DNA of 60,796 nucleotides, filler included, from Catajapyx aquilonaris (taxonomy: Eukaryota): NCBI GenBank assembly GCA_000934665.2. It is 4 parts of 4 records of this genome, joined end to end, with 100 filler letters (N's around TTAATTAATTAA, not from the genome) between each part and the next. Parts side by side here need not be neighbours in the genome. Positions count along the whole stretch, not along the records: positions 1 to 15,115 come from JYFJ02007600.1; 3 more parts are not named here. One strand, written 5' to 3'. A program made the translations under genes and the position numbers. The notes below the pieces were generated by a model. It was not told where the DNA came from and made no database searches. It saw only the letters and a program-made list of their open reading frames with translations. Of this stretch, positions 1 through 13,729 are shown piece after piece; the first letter of the stretch is position 1; the number at the start of each line of letters is the position of its first letter.

Positions 1-3000
1 AACACCGTTTTTTTTTTCTCTCCAAGGCATGAACCTTCCAGGCCATACCACACCCCATACCGCACCCTAGAATAACATCCTCGCTGCCAAAAAAAAATGA
101 CACCGTCTTTCCTCCCCTCAGGCTAACCCATTTTCCATTTTTTGGGGTTTTTGCAAATTCGGAAATATGGGAACGTCCCTTTCAGAATGGGGCGAGTGGG
201 TGGAGACATCGGGAGCGTCGCGATGCTGATGCCAGCAGCCTTTTTTCCCCTAAGGAGACCCTACGACTGCTGAGTTAGCGGATCAGGAAAAGGGGGGCAA
301 AGGGGGGTTGGAAAAGATAGCGGGGGAGGGGGGAGGAGTGAGGGGGGTATCCCAACCAACCCAGAGGCAGATGGACCCCCCCCCCCCCNACCCATCCCAA
401 CTCCCAACTACGACCGTTTCCCTTCCGATCGATCCTAGGGGGCACTTGGCAACGCCGCAGCCATCCATCACCCATTGTCGCCGCCATTGTTGCCGCCATA
501 TCTTCGCCCTTCTCGGCCAAAAAGTGGCGAGAGGAGGGGGGTGAAGCGGGGATGGGGGGGTCACACCCCAGTTTTTTTCGGGGGAGCACTTTTGGTACTG
601 GAAGCACTTAGGGCTGGTGGCATGTTATCAATTTATTAATCCGGTTATCTCTTCCATTCCTGCATTATTTGAATCAGCAAATGAAAAAAACAAGCTCAAC
701 CCCATATACTCTTTTTTTTGTTCAAAAATCGCGACGGAAAAATAAGCGCCTTATACCATCAAATTAAAAACGTCGGAAACTGATTTTCTACAAGGTTGCA
801 TCTAGATTTGCATTTTTTTTTTTTTTTGCAAAATCCCACCAACCAGTATTTAGTCTTACACGCATTAAAACGAGAGCTTATAGTGTACAAGACCTCGATG
901 AAGGGATTATAGAGGAAACTTTTGGCTATAATTCCACCATGTGAATCCGACGCCAGGAATGAAGTATTGGCAGAATTAATGTCCGACTCCGCATCGCAGT
1001 ATATATTGCGTACATGCTCGGAGAGTAATAACGTTTTCCATAACTTCATTTAGGCAGTCAGGTTTTCGCGTTTTCCAAATTGGGCCCCCCGCATCCCTTA
1101 GATCTTTTAGATATTTGCTCATTAACATGCATATAAACTTTGCAGTGCCTCTAATTCTTCTTGCAGTTTCCGTATCTTGTGAAGTATTAATTTATTTCTG
1201 CTTCTCCGAGCAGAGGAAAACAAAGTCGTTTTGCCCCGATGTAATGACTTCTTGATTCGTAAATAATAAACCGGAGATGAGACTCGGTTTCCAAGGCAGA
1301 GAGAGCCATTTCCAGCTTTACTTTCTAATTCAATTAGTGCCCAATTTCCTTGCAAAATCAATACCATGGTGCTTACATATACAAGCAAGACTAGGTCTGT
1401 TTTTTTGTTTTTTTGTGTGTGAAAAGGGGAAGGTTTTTCGAAACACTAATCCAAAAAGAGGGGGTTGGCCCTGTGGAAATCCCCCTGGACGCAAATCAGA
1501 ATGAATGCTGTGTAACATTAAAGTGACGAGACCTTTGAATGATTGTAGTGATCGATCATGAAATGAATAGGGCGCAGGAAAATTGTGCCGCCAAGATTAG
1601 CAGCCGACCCATCCTTTATGATTCATCCGCGAATTCCAAAGCGAAACAAATGAGGTGATTTAGGCCGGGTGGATGTAAATAGATATGAAGAAAGGATCGA
1701 TCGAGGGTGGGCAAGTGGATGTCCAGCATCAGCATTGCACAGCATCAGCAGGGGTGAGTCAGGAAATAGGAATGCCAGCAAGGGCACAAAAGTTGAACCT
1801 TGTAAGTGATTAGTGTTCGCTCGTGACCGCCACGAGTGAGCAACTTGTTTGTGTTGTTCATCAAAATACGGCCGTGCATGGTCTGTGGTGCAGAAGACAG
1901 CCAGGAGCTAATTCCTGGCCCATGTATCCTTGGTGGGCTCTCCCAATCTGTGAATGAGTTAGCCCCGCACGCGCACTTGACCTCCCGTCGTCATACCCCA
2001 GCCCATTCTGGGTACGTCTTCAGTCACCTGCAGATATAGGCAAATCTTCTGTCTCCAAAGGATCCCGGAAGTTTCACCGCCTAATTGCTTTCTGACGTTC
2101 CCGGATCCAATTGAGCGGAGAAAGTGCTGCTTGCTCAAGAGCTGCCAAAATCATGCCAATCTCAGTCGGGACATTTACACAACCACCGAGTCAATTGGGC
2201 CTGGTATAGACCAAGACCACTATTTGGCTGCTAGGCAGAGGATAGCCAACGCCGAGACACGAATTAGTCATTTGATTACATATCACCATGTGGAGGAATT
2301 TCGTGTATGTGTAACATATACCAACCATGTTGATTATACAATGAGATACCTATGAGATACCCCAGTGTTGACCTTATTTTTTTCTCTCTCTCTTTCTCAC
2401 TTGAGGCTGTAGTACGTCATTTATGGTTGGAAAGAACGTCAAAAGGTGCTTCCCTGCACACAAAGCAATGGACAGGCATTAATATTATTCGTCTGACAAT
2501 GATGTTCAGATTGCGTCATGGAAGATTTGTTCGGACATGCCGTAATTTATGCGTGTATTCAGTTTCACCAGCTTGGCCTTCATCTACGGAACATGACTTT
2601 GGCAATTATTCTTTTGTGCACTCGAATTTTTTTATATTCTTTAAAAATATTTCGCCTTTCTCTCCATCCCTCTCGCCGGTCTTGAGCGCAGCGACACGGG
2701 CGCATTCGCGCGCGAAATGGGACGCGAGATTTCTGAATGGAAATTTTTGATTTAGTGCACATTATTTCGCAACAAAATTCCATTTCTGGGCTGGGGTAAA
2801 AAGGAGCCAGGAAGTAGAGCGAGCTGGAGCAGCAGCAGCAGTAGCAGCACAGCTCCTGCCAGATAGAGACATTCCCTTCCTATTTTCCCCTCCTGTGCCC
2901 ATTAACCCCCTCCCTCCCCACCCATCCTCTCCCCTCTACCTCATTTGCAGTGGAGCCCGCATACAAATCGCCTCCTCCCATGGGCAGAGTGGGTGGGTGC

Positions 3001-6000
3001 TGCCTAAACCCCCTAAACCCTGTGGGAGAGGCCACTCCCCTTCAGCTAAGTACAGGGGGTAAGGTGGCTGTGTGCTGGAACTAGAGAGAGGAAGGGGGGG
3101 GGGGAAGCTTCTGGAGAGGGAGGTGCTGGAGGACAAGTGTCCTCCAAGCAAGAAGTGACGTCACCTGCAAAAGACTTCCTGACTCTACTCACCTGTGCTT
3201 CCCGCTCCTTCCTATCCATCAGACCATAAAGGTCAGAAGCCTGTCATAATTTGTTTTTTTGCTCTCTCTTTCGATTACACGGGTGTGTGAGTGTGTGTGT
3301 TGCACCCCCGAAAGTTCTGCATCCGCAAATAATGCTGCGCTCTCTGGCTGCGTCTGGTTCCTTCCGAGGATCGATTGGCAGCAGAAGAAAAGAAGGATTT
3401 AGGATGACTAGGACTGGAGAGGAGGGGGGAAAGGGGGCAGGGTGGATGGGGTGCACACGTAATGAAAGTGGGCTGTGTCATTTCGCCCATTCCGCAAGTT
3501 TCATTCAGTGTAATCGGCTGATGAGGGGGGTTGGAAGGGTGCTTTTGTTGCATGTAGAGAATGTTGCCAAATGAAGGGATCAAGCCCGGATTACTATTTC
3601 GACTATGACGATATTTACTAACACAGCTATTGCTACTATACTGAAAGTGAATTGACGTCCCACGTCAAGTATATTGAAGGTGTATCCTTCCACCTCAAGG
3701 ACCATGCCTGTGCCTACAAGCGCTATACACTCGATCCATTTGATCGAGTTGTAGTGTCTCAGTGGTGCCAGTGTTGGGAGTCAACTAAAAAGCTTTGATG
3801 TGGCAAATATCAAGTAGAGAGGAGAAACGAGTGTTTCAGTATTGGAACCGCTCCTGCTAACCACGAAGGGAAATGCCACCGAGCAGGAACAGCGCAAAAA
3901 ATATATATAAAACCTGTTAGGCGGATCGCTGAAAAATATTCATTCAGTCCGGTTCCACAAGACGTGTTCCAAGATCTGCCTAGATTCAGATAGCTTGGCA
4001 AATATCCTGAACTGTACATTTATGGTCCCAGACGCCCTGCTGTCCACCTTTCAAAGCTATAAAATACAGTTTTCACAATCACTGTGATATTAATATGCAT
4101 CCGGTTTTAAGAGCGTCTTTCAGGAAGACACTTAACCCACGACGCTAGAGTCGGAAATTGACATACATTTTAGAAAAATCCTTTTACTGGCTCATTATTT
4201 TTGCAGACACGTCTATAGTGCTCCTTCCCACAGCAAAGCAGCTTGCAAGTCTTCCCAGTACAGCCCTGTACAGTGGCGTATACGTATCAACGACAGGAAT
4301 AAATCACCTAGTGGAATATTTATGCAAATGACTTACTTCTGAACTACTCTGTGGGCTGCGACTACAAGGGAGTGCCTGGGACATCGGTGGTCCGGGAGCC
4401 GTCATCCTACCCTTCGCAGCAACCAATGCGCCATTGTTCAACCGGACGCATACCTCACAGGCGTTATTGGGTGCAATTACTCCCCTACCGCGTTAGCGCA
4501 CGTGTCATTTGCTATCAACACGGGTGAAACTGGTTGTATTTACTTATTACCTAGCCAAAACCTATATAGCATTAAATTTGAATACTAATGACAAATTGCC
4601 AAATCGATATGGCTGGCATTCGAAAACAAAAGGAAGCGGGTTTGGCAAACACATCTCAGCATCCCACAACAACAAACATCTCTGTGGGAAGAAAACAAGT
4701 ATTTGGGACCTCCTTTTTTTCTCTCTTTTTTTGCGTCCCTGTCCTCTCCTTGGGCGCCAACTGGTCTGGTGAAGCCAGTACCCCCCACCCTAGTCCAACA
4801 ACTCGTTTACTCCCCTCCTTCCCCCTCTACACAGCCTGCTACATACTCACACACGGTTCCCCTCCTGAGAGGGGGACATAAGTTGGTGAGGGGCGTTGCC
4901 GCTCTCCGGCGCTTTAATACTCCCCCGCCCACTGTAATCTCCTCTCCCTCCCCACTTCCTCCCAGCACCCTCCGTCCCTTTCCCTAGACCCCCTGCGACC
5001 CGCCCAAACATGCATCACACACTCACATACGAGGAGGGAAGACAATCATGGCAACACCGCCCTAATGAGATTAATTTGGTGGCCAATTGATTGCTCCCCT
5101 AACCCTCCCATGCCCCCCTTTGCCTCCCCCCTCCCACCACTGCCAACCTCTCTCTCCCACACGACTCAACTTCCCCCCTGGCTTTCTTTCTCTACCCCNC
5201 CCCCCCTTCTTTCCATCCTCCCTTTTCGACCCCTTTCCCCCCGCCACCGCTCTTGTAGGCCATCAATTGTGTTTACAAATACGGGCATTCGTCACGTGAC
5301 GGCTTACACCTGGGGATTTTGATCCGATGATTTCGATCCATTGAAGAAGACCAAGGACGCAACCGGGCATTCATCGGTTGGGGAGGAATGAATGTCACCG
5401 TGTTTGTGTCGGAGCAACGCTACAAACGCGTAGGTTGAAAGGAGATAATATGTTATTGACGGCATGGAGAGACTTCCTGTTAGGTGGGCTCAAGTTCGAT
5501 TGCGGTACTTAAAAATACAATTTGTGTCGTCAGTCGGGAAAACATCCGGCGGCATCGGCACCGGCAGTGTACAGTACTACGCAGATAATTAATTAAATAA
5601 ATAAATCGGCAGGTGACTGAAATAGCAATTGCGGGAAGCTATACTGCAATACCTGTCCAAACACAATAAACAAACTTTCGGGCAGACGTATCCTGGTGCG
5701 ATGCAACCATCAGCACATCCACAGTAAAGTGCACGTACTGTACAGACTGAAATGGCCTACAACATGTTTTGTCACTAATCACACCTATTGACCAGTTATG
5801 TTGCCTCACTTCCTTGCAATAAACCAGACCAAACCTGCAGCAGGCGTCCAGATCTTTTTGCTCAGTATACAGTACCATCTGGACGACTACCCCTGCCGGT
5901 GCCGGTTACCGCCAGTGCACCCATCCATCGGACCATACGTCCCCCCTCCCCCACGTCGTGTACCCTAAATCCTGTGTAATGAGACCATTAAGGTGACATC

Positions 6001-8558
6001 ATGCGCGCAGCTTAGTAGCTACACGGTAGATTCGGAAACGGGCTGACAAGAAAATTACGGTAAGGTGGCGGAGGCGTCGTTCCACAAAACGCGTGGTCGT
6101 CGGCGAAGAAGAAGGGGCCTGAAATGTCAAGGGTTTCTTGAACCAGGCGGCAATATGTTTCAGGAGGTCACTGGACAAAAGTGTGGGTTCCACCTGAGAG
6201 AAGTGGTGAAGGGGTAAAGTGGATGAGGAAGGGGTCGTGTGAGCGTTGACCCGACGCGTCCCTAAGAGAAAGGAGGACGACTTTGTACACAGTTTCACAA
6301 CCGAGCTCATCTCCGACCCCTCTTTTTTTCTTCTTCTTCATATACATTTTCTCCCCCTTATGACTGATTATGAGGAAACGCCCCCTTCTCCGGTGAGAAT
6401 CCCCCCCTCTTTTCACAATCATCTGACAATTATGCAGATACGTATGCCATCGATGCCGTCGTGAAGAGGGGACTTTCTTAATCCAGCGTGATGAACGCGG
6501 TTTGAAAATTGAGACCGGGGGAATACTGAAGGGGAAGGTGAGATAGACGAAATAATAATTCGTCCACGTGCAGTGTAGATGAGGCCACATAACCGCACGA
6601 CAGCCGCCTTTTGTTTTATTCACTCAAAAGTAGACACGCACGTGAGCCTCCTATTTCCAGGGACCAAAAGGTCGCACTTGAACGTGGCCTATACCCTAGA
6701 TGGCATCCCTAAATTATGAAACGCTTCTGCGAATTGTTAGCACGCTTTATTTGCCGTGTACGGCTCTATAGGCCGAGAGGGAATTGAGAGAATGAGGAGG
6801 ATTTGCCCCGCACAAAAGCCGAAGCGGTGAAGACATGGAATAGATCCGGCAGATATAACACAATACCCCTCTGCCCATATTGGGCGATTAGAAGAGAAAA
6901 AAAGGGCCACTTGTCAATGCATCGTGCCGATTTCTCCTAGCACATATCTTACTTTTATTGCATACAAAGCTGACTTTCTCTGGCGGAATGTTATTTTCTG
7001 GGAAAAATACGCTCTTTCTGAGAATGAAAAATGAGGGGACCGTTCAGGGACTTGACCCACTTTGCCAATTTTTTTATATGATCTCTTAAGGGGGAAATAG
7101 AAAACCCTGGGACGTGTAGTCAATTGAGTCAGCAACGATTTGTGGGGGGTGACGTCACAACCAAAACATGTGTGGGGAATGCATGTAATTGGGCAGCAAG
7201 GCCGCTAGAAAAAAAAAAGAGGTGGGGTAGGGGGTGGTGGTGGTGGGGATTTAACAAGAGAACCAAAAGTCGCATTGGGGCAGTTCTTTGGGGACTCCGC
7301 TCTTGTTACGGCCCATTCCCCCCAGTACTAACAATGGATGGGCTTCACCCCCCTCCTCCCTATCAGGGTCCCCCCAACCGCCCCCACTTCCGGGACACTG
7401 CTGCAATTAGCGCGCATCTCTCCCCACCATCCCCGCATCCCCCCGCAGGCACCTCCCCCGCCGCCTTTCACATGCAAAGTGTCCCATTAGCCCTCCCTAC
7501 CCCCCACCTCTTCACTTTCCTCGCAGCTCAAAATTTCTCGCTCCTTTGTGAATGAGACAGATAGGAAGAGAGTAAAGAAGTAGAAGGGTGCCCACTGGGG
7601 GGGAAGGAGGAGGGGAAAAAGGGGGGGAAGGCGGGTATCTCCAGGTGCCTGTGCCACCCCTCCCCATGCCCTTTTCCTAGCTGCTAAGCACCTTAGCAGG
7701 GGGGCCTTTACTACACCCTCTCCCAGGCAACCCCCACCCTCGTTTTCCATCAGAACCTGGAGCCGGGAGAAAGTCCAGCTGTCGCGCTTCCGGAGAGAGG
7801 GGGGAATGGGACGGGTGGGGGACGGGAGGGTGGGGTGCAGCCAATATCCCCCACCCTTTACCCTATACCACCCGCAACACAGGGTCGCAGCTATAGGGAG
7901 GCAAGGACCTCCATTTGGGTGCCATCTCTGGGAAGGTTCTCGTATACACTTGGGAGTCGCTTGGAGGCGCCACCGACTGGAGTCTAGCATGGAGGGATTC
8001 ACCCATAATGATGGAAAGGTTGAGGTCAAGTCCACACAAAAATCATATTCAGGAATGTCATTTTGGAGGACTCAAAAAATGTGGCATGCGGAAAATTTCA
8101 TGAGATGGATTTTATTTACATTGCATCATATCGGTGGTACTTCATGATAAAACGATAAATCAGCGTATGCATTAATGTAACATGGTAATCAGGTATAATA
8201 ACGTTAGATGATTTAAAAGCCGGGCCCCTTTCATATTTCTCCATCTATTGATGAAACATCAATGGGATCTCTGCTACAAGCTGAGATGCACATTTCTAGT
8301 TTTACTCCCCACTCCTTTCTAAACCAAAATAATAACTACCTGCAATGTGCAGTAAAGACGCATACCATTTGCCCAACTGCAGTATGTTGGAGTGCAATCA
8401 GCTGCAGTAATCTAATGATGGCAGGTGACCCTACTGTACATTGTAGATATGGTTCTTTTCCTGACCACAGCATCCAAATCTCCTATCCCTTCTCCAAAAA
8501 CTGAGACCACTTAGGAACAATTCACCTGTGGCGCTTGGAATAATACTTCAGCATGACA

Positions 8559-11500
8559 TCATGAAAGGCAGCATGATGGGGTGGAATTATGACTTTCCGC
8601 TGATGAGGCAACTACCTGAGCCTCCTGTAACTGTATGAGTGTCTTTGCAGACTCTGCTCGCGAAAGCCAGGCACGGACTTGTTTGTGCAGCAGCTCCCTT
8701 CGCCTGGTGCCTGCTGGTTCCTGCTTGAGGGCAGGAAGGAGTGTTGCCAATGCCAACTGCCACTTGTCCAGAGCAGATTCTATCTGGCCTTCCTGCTCGT
8801 ACTGCTCTCCTGATAGTCCAATGTCCAGACCATTCAGGAGTGTGGGAGTGCTCTTGGACAGTTGCCCTGAACAAACAATCACGTTACTGAGCTACGTCAG
8901 TGGTTCTCAAAAGAGCAGCAAACTGATCAAAAAAGAAGAAGGTATTTCCTGCTAACTCTCCCACATATAATGTCACTTCTTTCAAATAATTTTGCTCTGG
9001 ATAACTTCGTGCGCTCAAGATCAGGTTGAATGAAATAAAAACAACAACAATTACACAGATGTTTGCATCACTCAATTGGTACTCACAAAGTTCTTCTCTT
9101 TCTGTAAGAGTCTGTGATGCTGCCAGTGAAGTTGGAGCATCCTGAGGAGGGTTCACCTGGTGCTGCAACTCAGTGGCTCTGGCCATGCAAGTCTCAACTT
9201 GTGGCTGCAGGGACACCTTCAGGTGAGCAAATTCTTCATCTACATTTGAAGTAACAAAGCATTATGCTAATACAGTCCCATTGAAGTTACAATCAAGTTA
9301 TAAAGTATGCCTTATGTTGGTCATTGATTTTGCTTATGTTGGTCATTAACTCATTATGCACGAACCATACAACAGATGCTCATGTGTCGGGATACCTTGA
9401 AAAGGACACTCATTCTGCAAAGCTCAGCACTGATTCAAGGTACAGTAGAACCCTGATTATCCATCACCCATGGGACCAGGGCAATGATGGTCAGATAACA
9501 AAAAAGGTCAGATAAACCGAGGAGCAAAGAAAACTTTAATAAAACACAACGAAAAACATGAAAACATGAAATAATGCCGTACAATTTTTCAGTTTTCTAA
9601 GAAATAGTGAAGTATTTATCTCTTACATACTCTATTGTACCGTATTTACAGTTACTGAGGCAATACAAAACAAATGTGTAGAACATTACAGTATTTGATG
9701 AGAAAAATTTATTTATTGCTCGAGTGGGACGGTCGGACAATCAGGGTTTCTACTGTAGTCTGCACATTTGGTCTGCAGCTCGTTTTTATAGTTTTAGTGC
9801 TTCATTGGTTATGTCTATGGACATAGCAAAAAGGGCAGTGAAGAAGTTATCGCTGCGAGATGTCACGGTCATCTGTGGTAAGAAAACTTTCACCTCTCTG
9901 GCAAGTAGCAAAAGCTTTTCAGTTCAACATTATTATATATCATAGTCAGTGTGATGATCATGATGACTCTTACAGTGAAACCTGCATGTAGTAGGCCCTG
10001 AATGTAGCAGGAACTTGTCCAATGCAGAATTTTCGTTTGCTCCTGGTAGATGATTTTAAATATATTTTAGTAACATTTAGTGGAACCATTAGCAATGGCG
10101 TCCTAGCCTACACTTCGCAAACCAGTGTAAAAAACTGTCATTATTTTAAAATGAATTTTTGTGTTTTTCGTTTGAAGAAATAATATTAGTTTTCGAGCTA
10201 TGATCGATCGAAGATCATAATAATTATACAGTATCGTATTGCCCTCTGATGTCACTGTTGTCACAGTGCAGAGGCAGGAATGCACCCAGGCTGCTTTGTT
10301 CCTTTGTTTGCTCCCTAACAACAGAATCGAACGGGACCACCAGTAAATAAGCCGAATTGAACAACAGCCAGGCAACGGTCTGCTGACGTCACTGTCACTG
10401 TTGTTAAGCAGGAGTGGAAATGCGCTTTTTGAACTACACCCCCTTTTTCCCCGCCAATTTCCGGGAGAATGTTAAACTCCCAATAATTTATCGAGTAATG
10501 ACATTTTGGAGCTGAAAAGTGGTGGAATACATGTTTATACCGTATATGTCTAGTTGAGCTATTCGTGTACAAATTACCCAAATCCAAGGCTGGGACCCCA
10601 TTCTGCAAATACAGGTTTCACTGTCACTCAAACTGGCTTACAGTGTTAGTGAATACCCACCTTGCAATACAGGAATGAGGTATTGTAATGCTTGGCAGTA
10701 CAACTTCAGTGCTTCAGCAGGATCACCATCACCTGACTCCACCTGAACTGCCTTCTCTGCCAGTTCATTCCCCTTCTGCAAGCTATCATCAGAAGGAAAA
10801 TGCTCCAAGTCCACAAAGGGGTGGGCAAAGAATTCCTCAAATGTCATCCTTTGCTCTGGATCTGCTTGCAGTAACCCTTGCAGTAAACTCCTACAGTCTG
10901 GGGAAATCCCCGATGATGGTATCCTTACCGTCTCTTTGGCGCTCACTTTCTTGAGTAAATCCGTGAAAGAGCGAGATTGGTAAGGGGCTGCACCAAAGAG
11001 ACCTTCGAAGAGCAAAGTACCAACTGACCACAAGTCAGCTGCTGCAGTATAGTTTCTCTTTAGAAGCATTTCAGGTGCCATGTACAGAGGAGAGCCTCGA
11101 AGACTATTTTCCCGAGCTTCAGGAGTGAGGAGTCGAGCAAAGCCAAAGTCAGCCAGTTTGAGGGATGGTGGTGAAGTTGGAGATGAGGACTGAAGGAGAA
11201 GATTCTGAGGCTTCAAGTCCAAGTGAGCAACTCCATTCTCACGAAGGAACCTAAGGGCAACTGCAAGTTGGCGAAGAAAGCGCTGACATGTATGCTCTGG
11301 GAGGCGAGTCTTCTTGCGAATCAATCGCGCTAAGTCACCACCTCGGCAATATTCAAGAATAATGTACACGTAGCTGAAAAAGAGAACAGACATCAGAATA
11401 ATGAACACAGTCGTCTGGAGTTGCAAGATTACTTTGGCTATTTGACACTGATTATACAGCCGGTGTAATAATATTAATATGACATGATTTGATTTCTCTA

Positions 11501-12000
11501 TTATCCAATTAAAAATGACTAGCCTCTTTTACTTGATGGACCAATGACTCCCTAGTATCAGCTATAACCCCCTGCACTGCAGTGTTCACTAATAAATGTG
11601 GCATTAGGAATACAACCACGGTACTAACTGTTTGTCCCAGATGAAATCAAGCAGTTCCACAATGAATCTGTGCCTGAGCTTCCTGAGTAGCTGTATCTCA
11701 TTCACCAAATTATCAGCCGCATTTTGGCTGAGGCTGTGGCGCAGTATGCACTTGATGGCCACCACTTTGCGTTCCGCACCCTGAAACAATGGGGGTGGGG
11801 GGAATCACATGTAACATGCTTCCTACCAACCTAAACGTAAATCAGTGATGTAGGTATATTATGTGCACCTTGCTCCATGCTTTGTAGACAGAGGCGTATG
11901 AGCCCGAGCCCAGCTTCTCCCCTAGGACGTATCCCTCTGGCTGGGGCTGAGGGGGAGGCTTCGGGGCAGCTCCAGCCCCGCCTTGGCCCGGGTTGCTCAT
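8559..12000 (-). CDS. ULK3: Serine/threonine kinase ULK3 (kinase plus two MIT domains), 5 coding exons, 485 aa
   Basis: Exons 12000-11869, 11780-11629, 11373-10661, 9239-9087 and 8866-8559. All introns are GT..AG with matching phases; the total is 1458 nt with no internal stop. Kinase motifs: LGSGSYASV, VAIK, HLDLKPQN, DFG, RGSPLYMAPE. Two MIT domains (ALKLYCQALQYLIPVL...CMARATEL; ALDKWQLALATLLPAL...WLSRAESAK). C-terminus is CCLS. Confidence 0.96.
9443..9755. mobile_element. Tc1/mariner (pogo/Tigger-like) MITE in ULK3 intron 3
   Basis: TA-CAGTAGAACCCTGATTATCC ... GGACAATCAGGGTTTCTACTG-TA: imperfect terminal inverted repeat (TIR) of about 20 bp with TA on both sides. Confidence 0.85.
9973..10623. 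mobile_element. Tc1/mariner (pogo/Tigger-like) MITE in ULK3 intron 3
   Basis: TA-CAGTGAAACCTGCAT ... ATACAGGTTTCACTG; the right flank reads TC instead of TA. Confidence 0.7.
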
Positions 12001-12239
12001 GCTGCTGCCTTCAGTTCCGACAGGTCCCTCCTCCTATTGTTCGGCTGCCTACCACCGCCCCGTCAGCTGGTCCCAGCTGGTCCAGCGTTGTTGTTGCAGC
12101 ACAGCTGACTGGCTGAGACCAACACGCCTCCTCCCTCGTCACAGCCTGACAGACTTGCACCGCCATGCAGCAGGCGTGTGGCGTGAGCAGGTAGTTGAGG
12201 AAATCCCCGTCTCAATCCCGAGGAAGCGCCACATGAAAG

Positions 12240-12300
12240 GCAAAAATAGGGCGGGAAGTTTCGCTGGCGGGACTCTCCAACTTCTACAAAGTTTATTCGA
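12240..12300 (-). promoter_or_regulatory. Probable ULK3 promoter region with E2F-like sites
   Basis: GGCGGGAA and TGGCGGGA motifs about 250-270 bp upstream of the ATG, at the edge of a CpG-rich 5' region. The transcription start is not determined. Confidence 0.3.
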
Positions 12301-12458
12301 ATAATTGTGATTTAATTAGGGTATATGCCGATTTTAAATCGATTAAAAGGCACAAAATTATTTCGTTGAAAATTTAAAGTGGCAGTACTGTACAGTACGT
12401 ACTGCATTGGCATTGTTTGCAATGGTTGGAATCGGATTGAATTTTCGTCCTAATGCTA

Positions 12459-12778
12459 CAGTAGGGACACGAATCACACGATAACTCACGAGGTTTGGGA
12501 GGTGGCTTATGTCCTTGGCAACCAAATAATTAACGCCGCCCCCTACCAGTCGACCAATCAGGATTCGATTTCAAATGAGATGGGCGTTCTATTCTAAAAC
12601 GTTAAGAATGAGTTGAGTTTGTTTACACTAACGCAATTGGTAACCCAGCCGAGGGGAAATATTTCCCCACCAATCGTTCCAAATTCCATACAAAATACTC
12701 AGCAGGGGGCGTGGCTAATTATGGTTGCCAAGGACACAAGCCACCTCCCAAAACGCATGAGTTATCTTGTCTCTACTG
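12459..12778. mobile_element. TA-flanked MITE with about 60-bp TIRs upstream of ULK3
   Basis: TA-CAGTAGGGACAC..GATAACTCACGAGGTTTGGGAGGTGGCTTATGTCCTTGGCAACCA matches the reverse complement of TGGTTGCCAAGGACACAAGCCACCTCCCAAAACGCATGAGTTATCTTGTCTCTACTG-TA. Confidence 0.85.
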
Positions 12779-13729
12779 TAGTAACTGCTAACGTAGCAGT
12801 ACCAATGCCAACACTGGTGTACTGCTGTTAGCAGTAACTACCAGTGAGAGTGTTAGACGAAAATTCCACCCAAGCTCATCATTTTCGTTCCTTTAAAACG
12901 TATACTACGTACAACTTAGGACGAAGAGAAAAAATTATTTGCGATACTTTCGGGTCCATTGCATCCGCGAGAACAAAGAATTGCATGTCACTGGTAAACT
13001 TTCTGAAAAAAGACAGAGAACATGACATTACTAGCCACAAATTGTCAAATGGATTTTCAGGCTGTGACATAACGACACAAGTATCAGTACCGTACTGCTT
13101 TACATTAATTGAAAATGCAAAAATTCTCACCTAATGAACACCACCTGGAGCTTCAGGTAAGCATCCCATGGGGGAATATTTTTCAAGTTCTGCTTCTGCT
13201 TCCACTGCTTATTGACACAAAATCACTAGGCCAAAAGCTCTACAACGATCTTGCCCACATAATCACTGACCTGAACTACTGATATTATAGTGGGTGAGCA
13301 AACGGTGATTCTAAGAGGTCAGTCTTGAGTGACCTCAGATCACTGAACTATTCATACCATTGGTATATTGGATGGGCCAACAGGTGACCATCCGAACTTC
13401 CAATCCATCTTTTCCGTCTGTGTAGATATCACGACGGATCAGGCGATCAGCTCATATGATGGAAGAGATGGATGAAGTAAACCTTGTCACTTGTGTTACA
13501 TCCCAGACGAAGATGCTGAAAGAGAAACGCCAGTAACCTCATTTAACCTGCGGTCTAGAAGACTTTTGATCCTTTCAAGGCGTAAGGAGGTAGTCCGATG
13601 AGTAATATTGTTATTCAACATTGACCTATTAATATAATGCTTTCATTTTGATTTCAAAAACTTGAACATTCAATCATTGCTCTAAATCCTGGACAGCACA
13701 TTTGTACATAAAGAGTATAGGTGTACAAT

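Noticed and set aside
6210..6300. Minus-strand HDPFLIH matches the IR segment DDPFLIH (about 24 nt similar)
   Set aside because: No other IR motif flanks it, and it is a pyrimidine-rich chance match.
6800..6850. TKAEAVKTWNR resembles phage Lar-family C-termini
   Set aside because: Only 11 residues, with no upstream CPFCG motif and an in-frame stop nearby.
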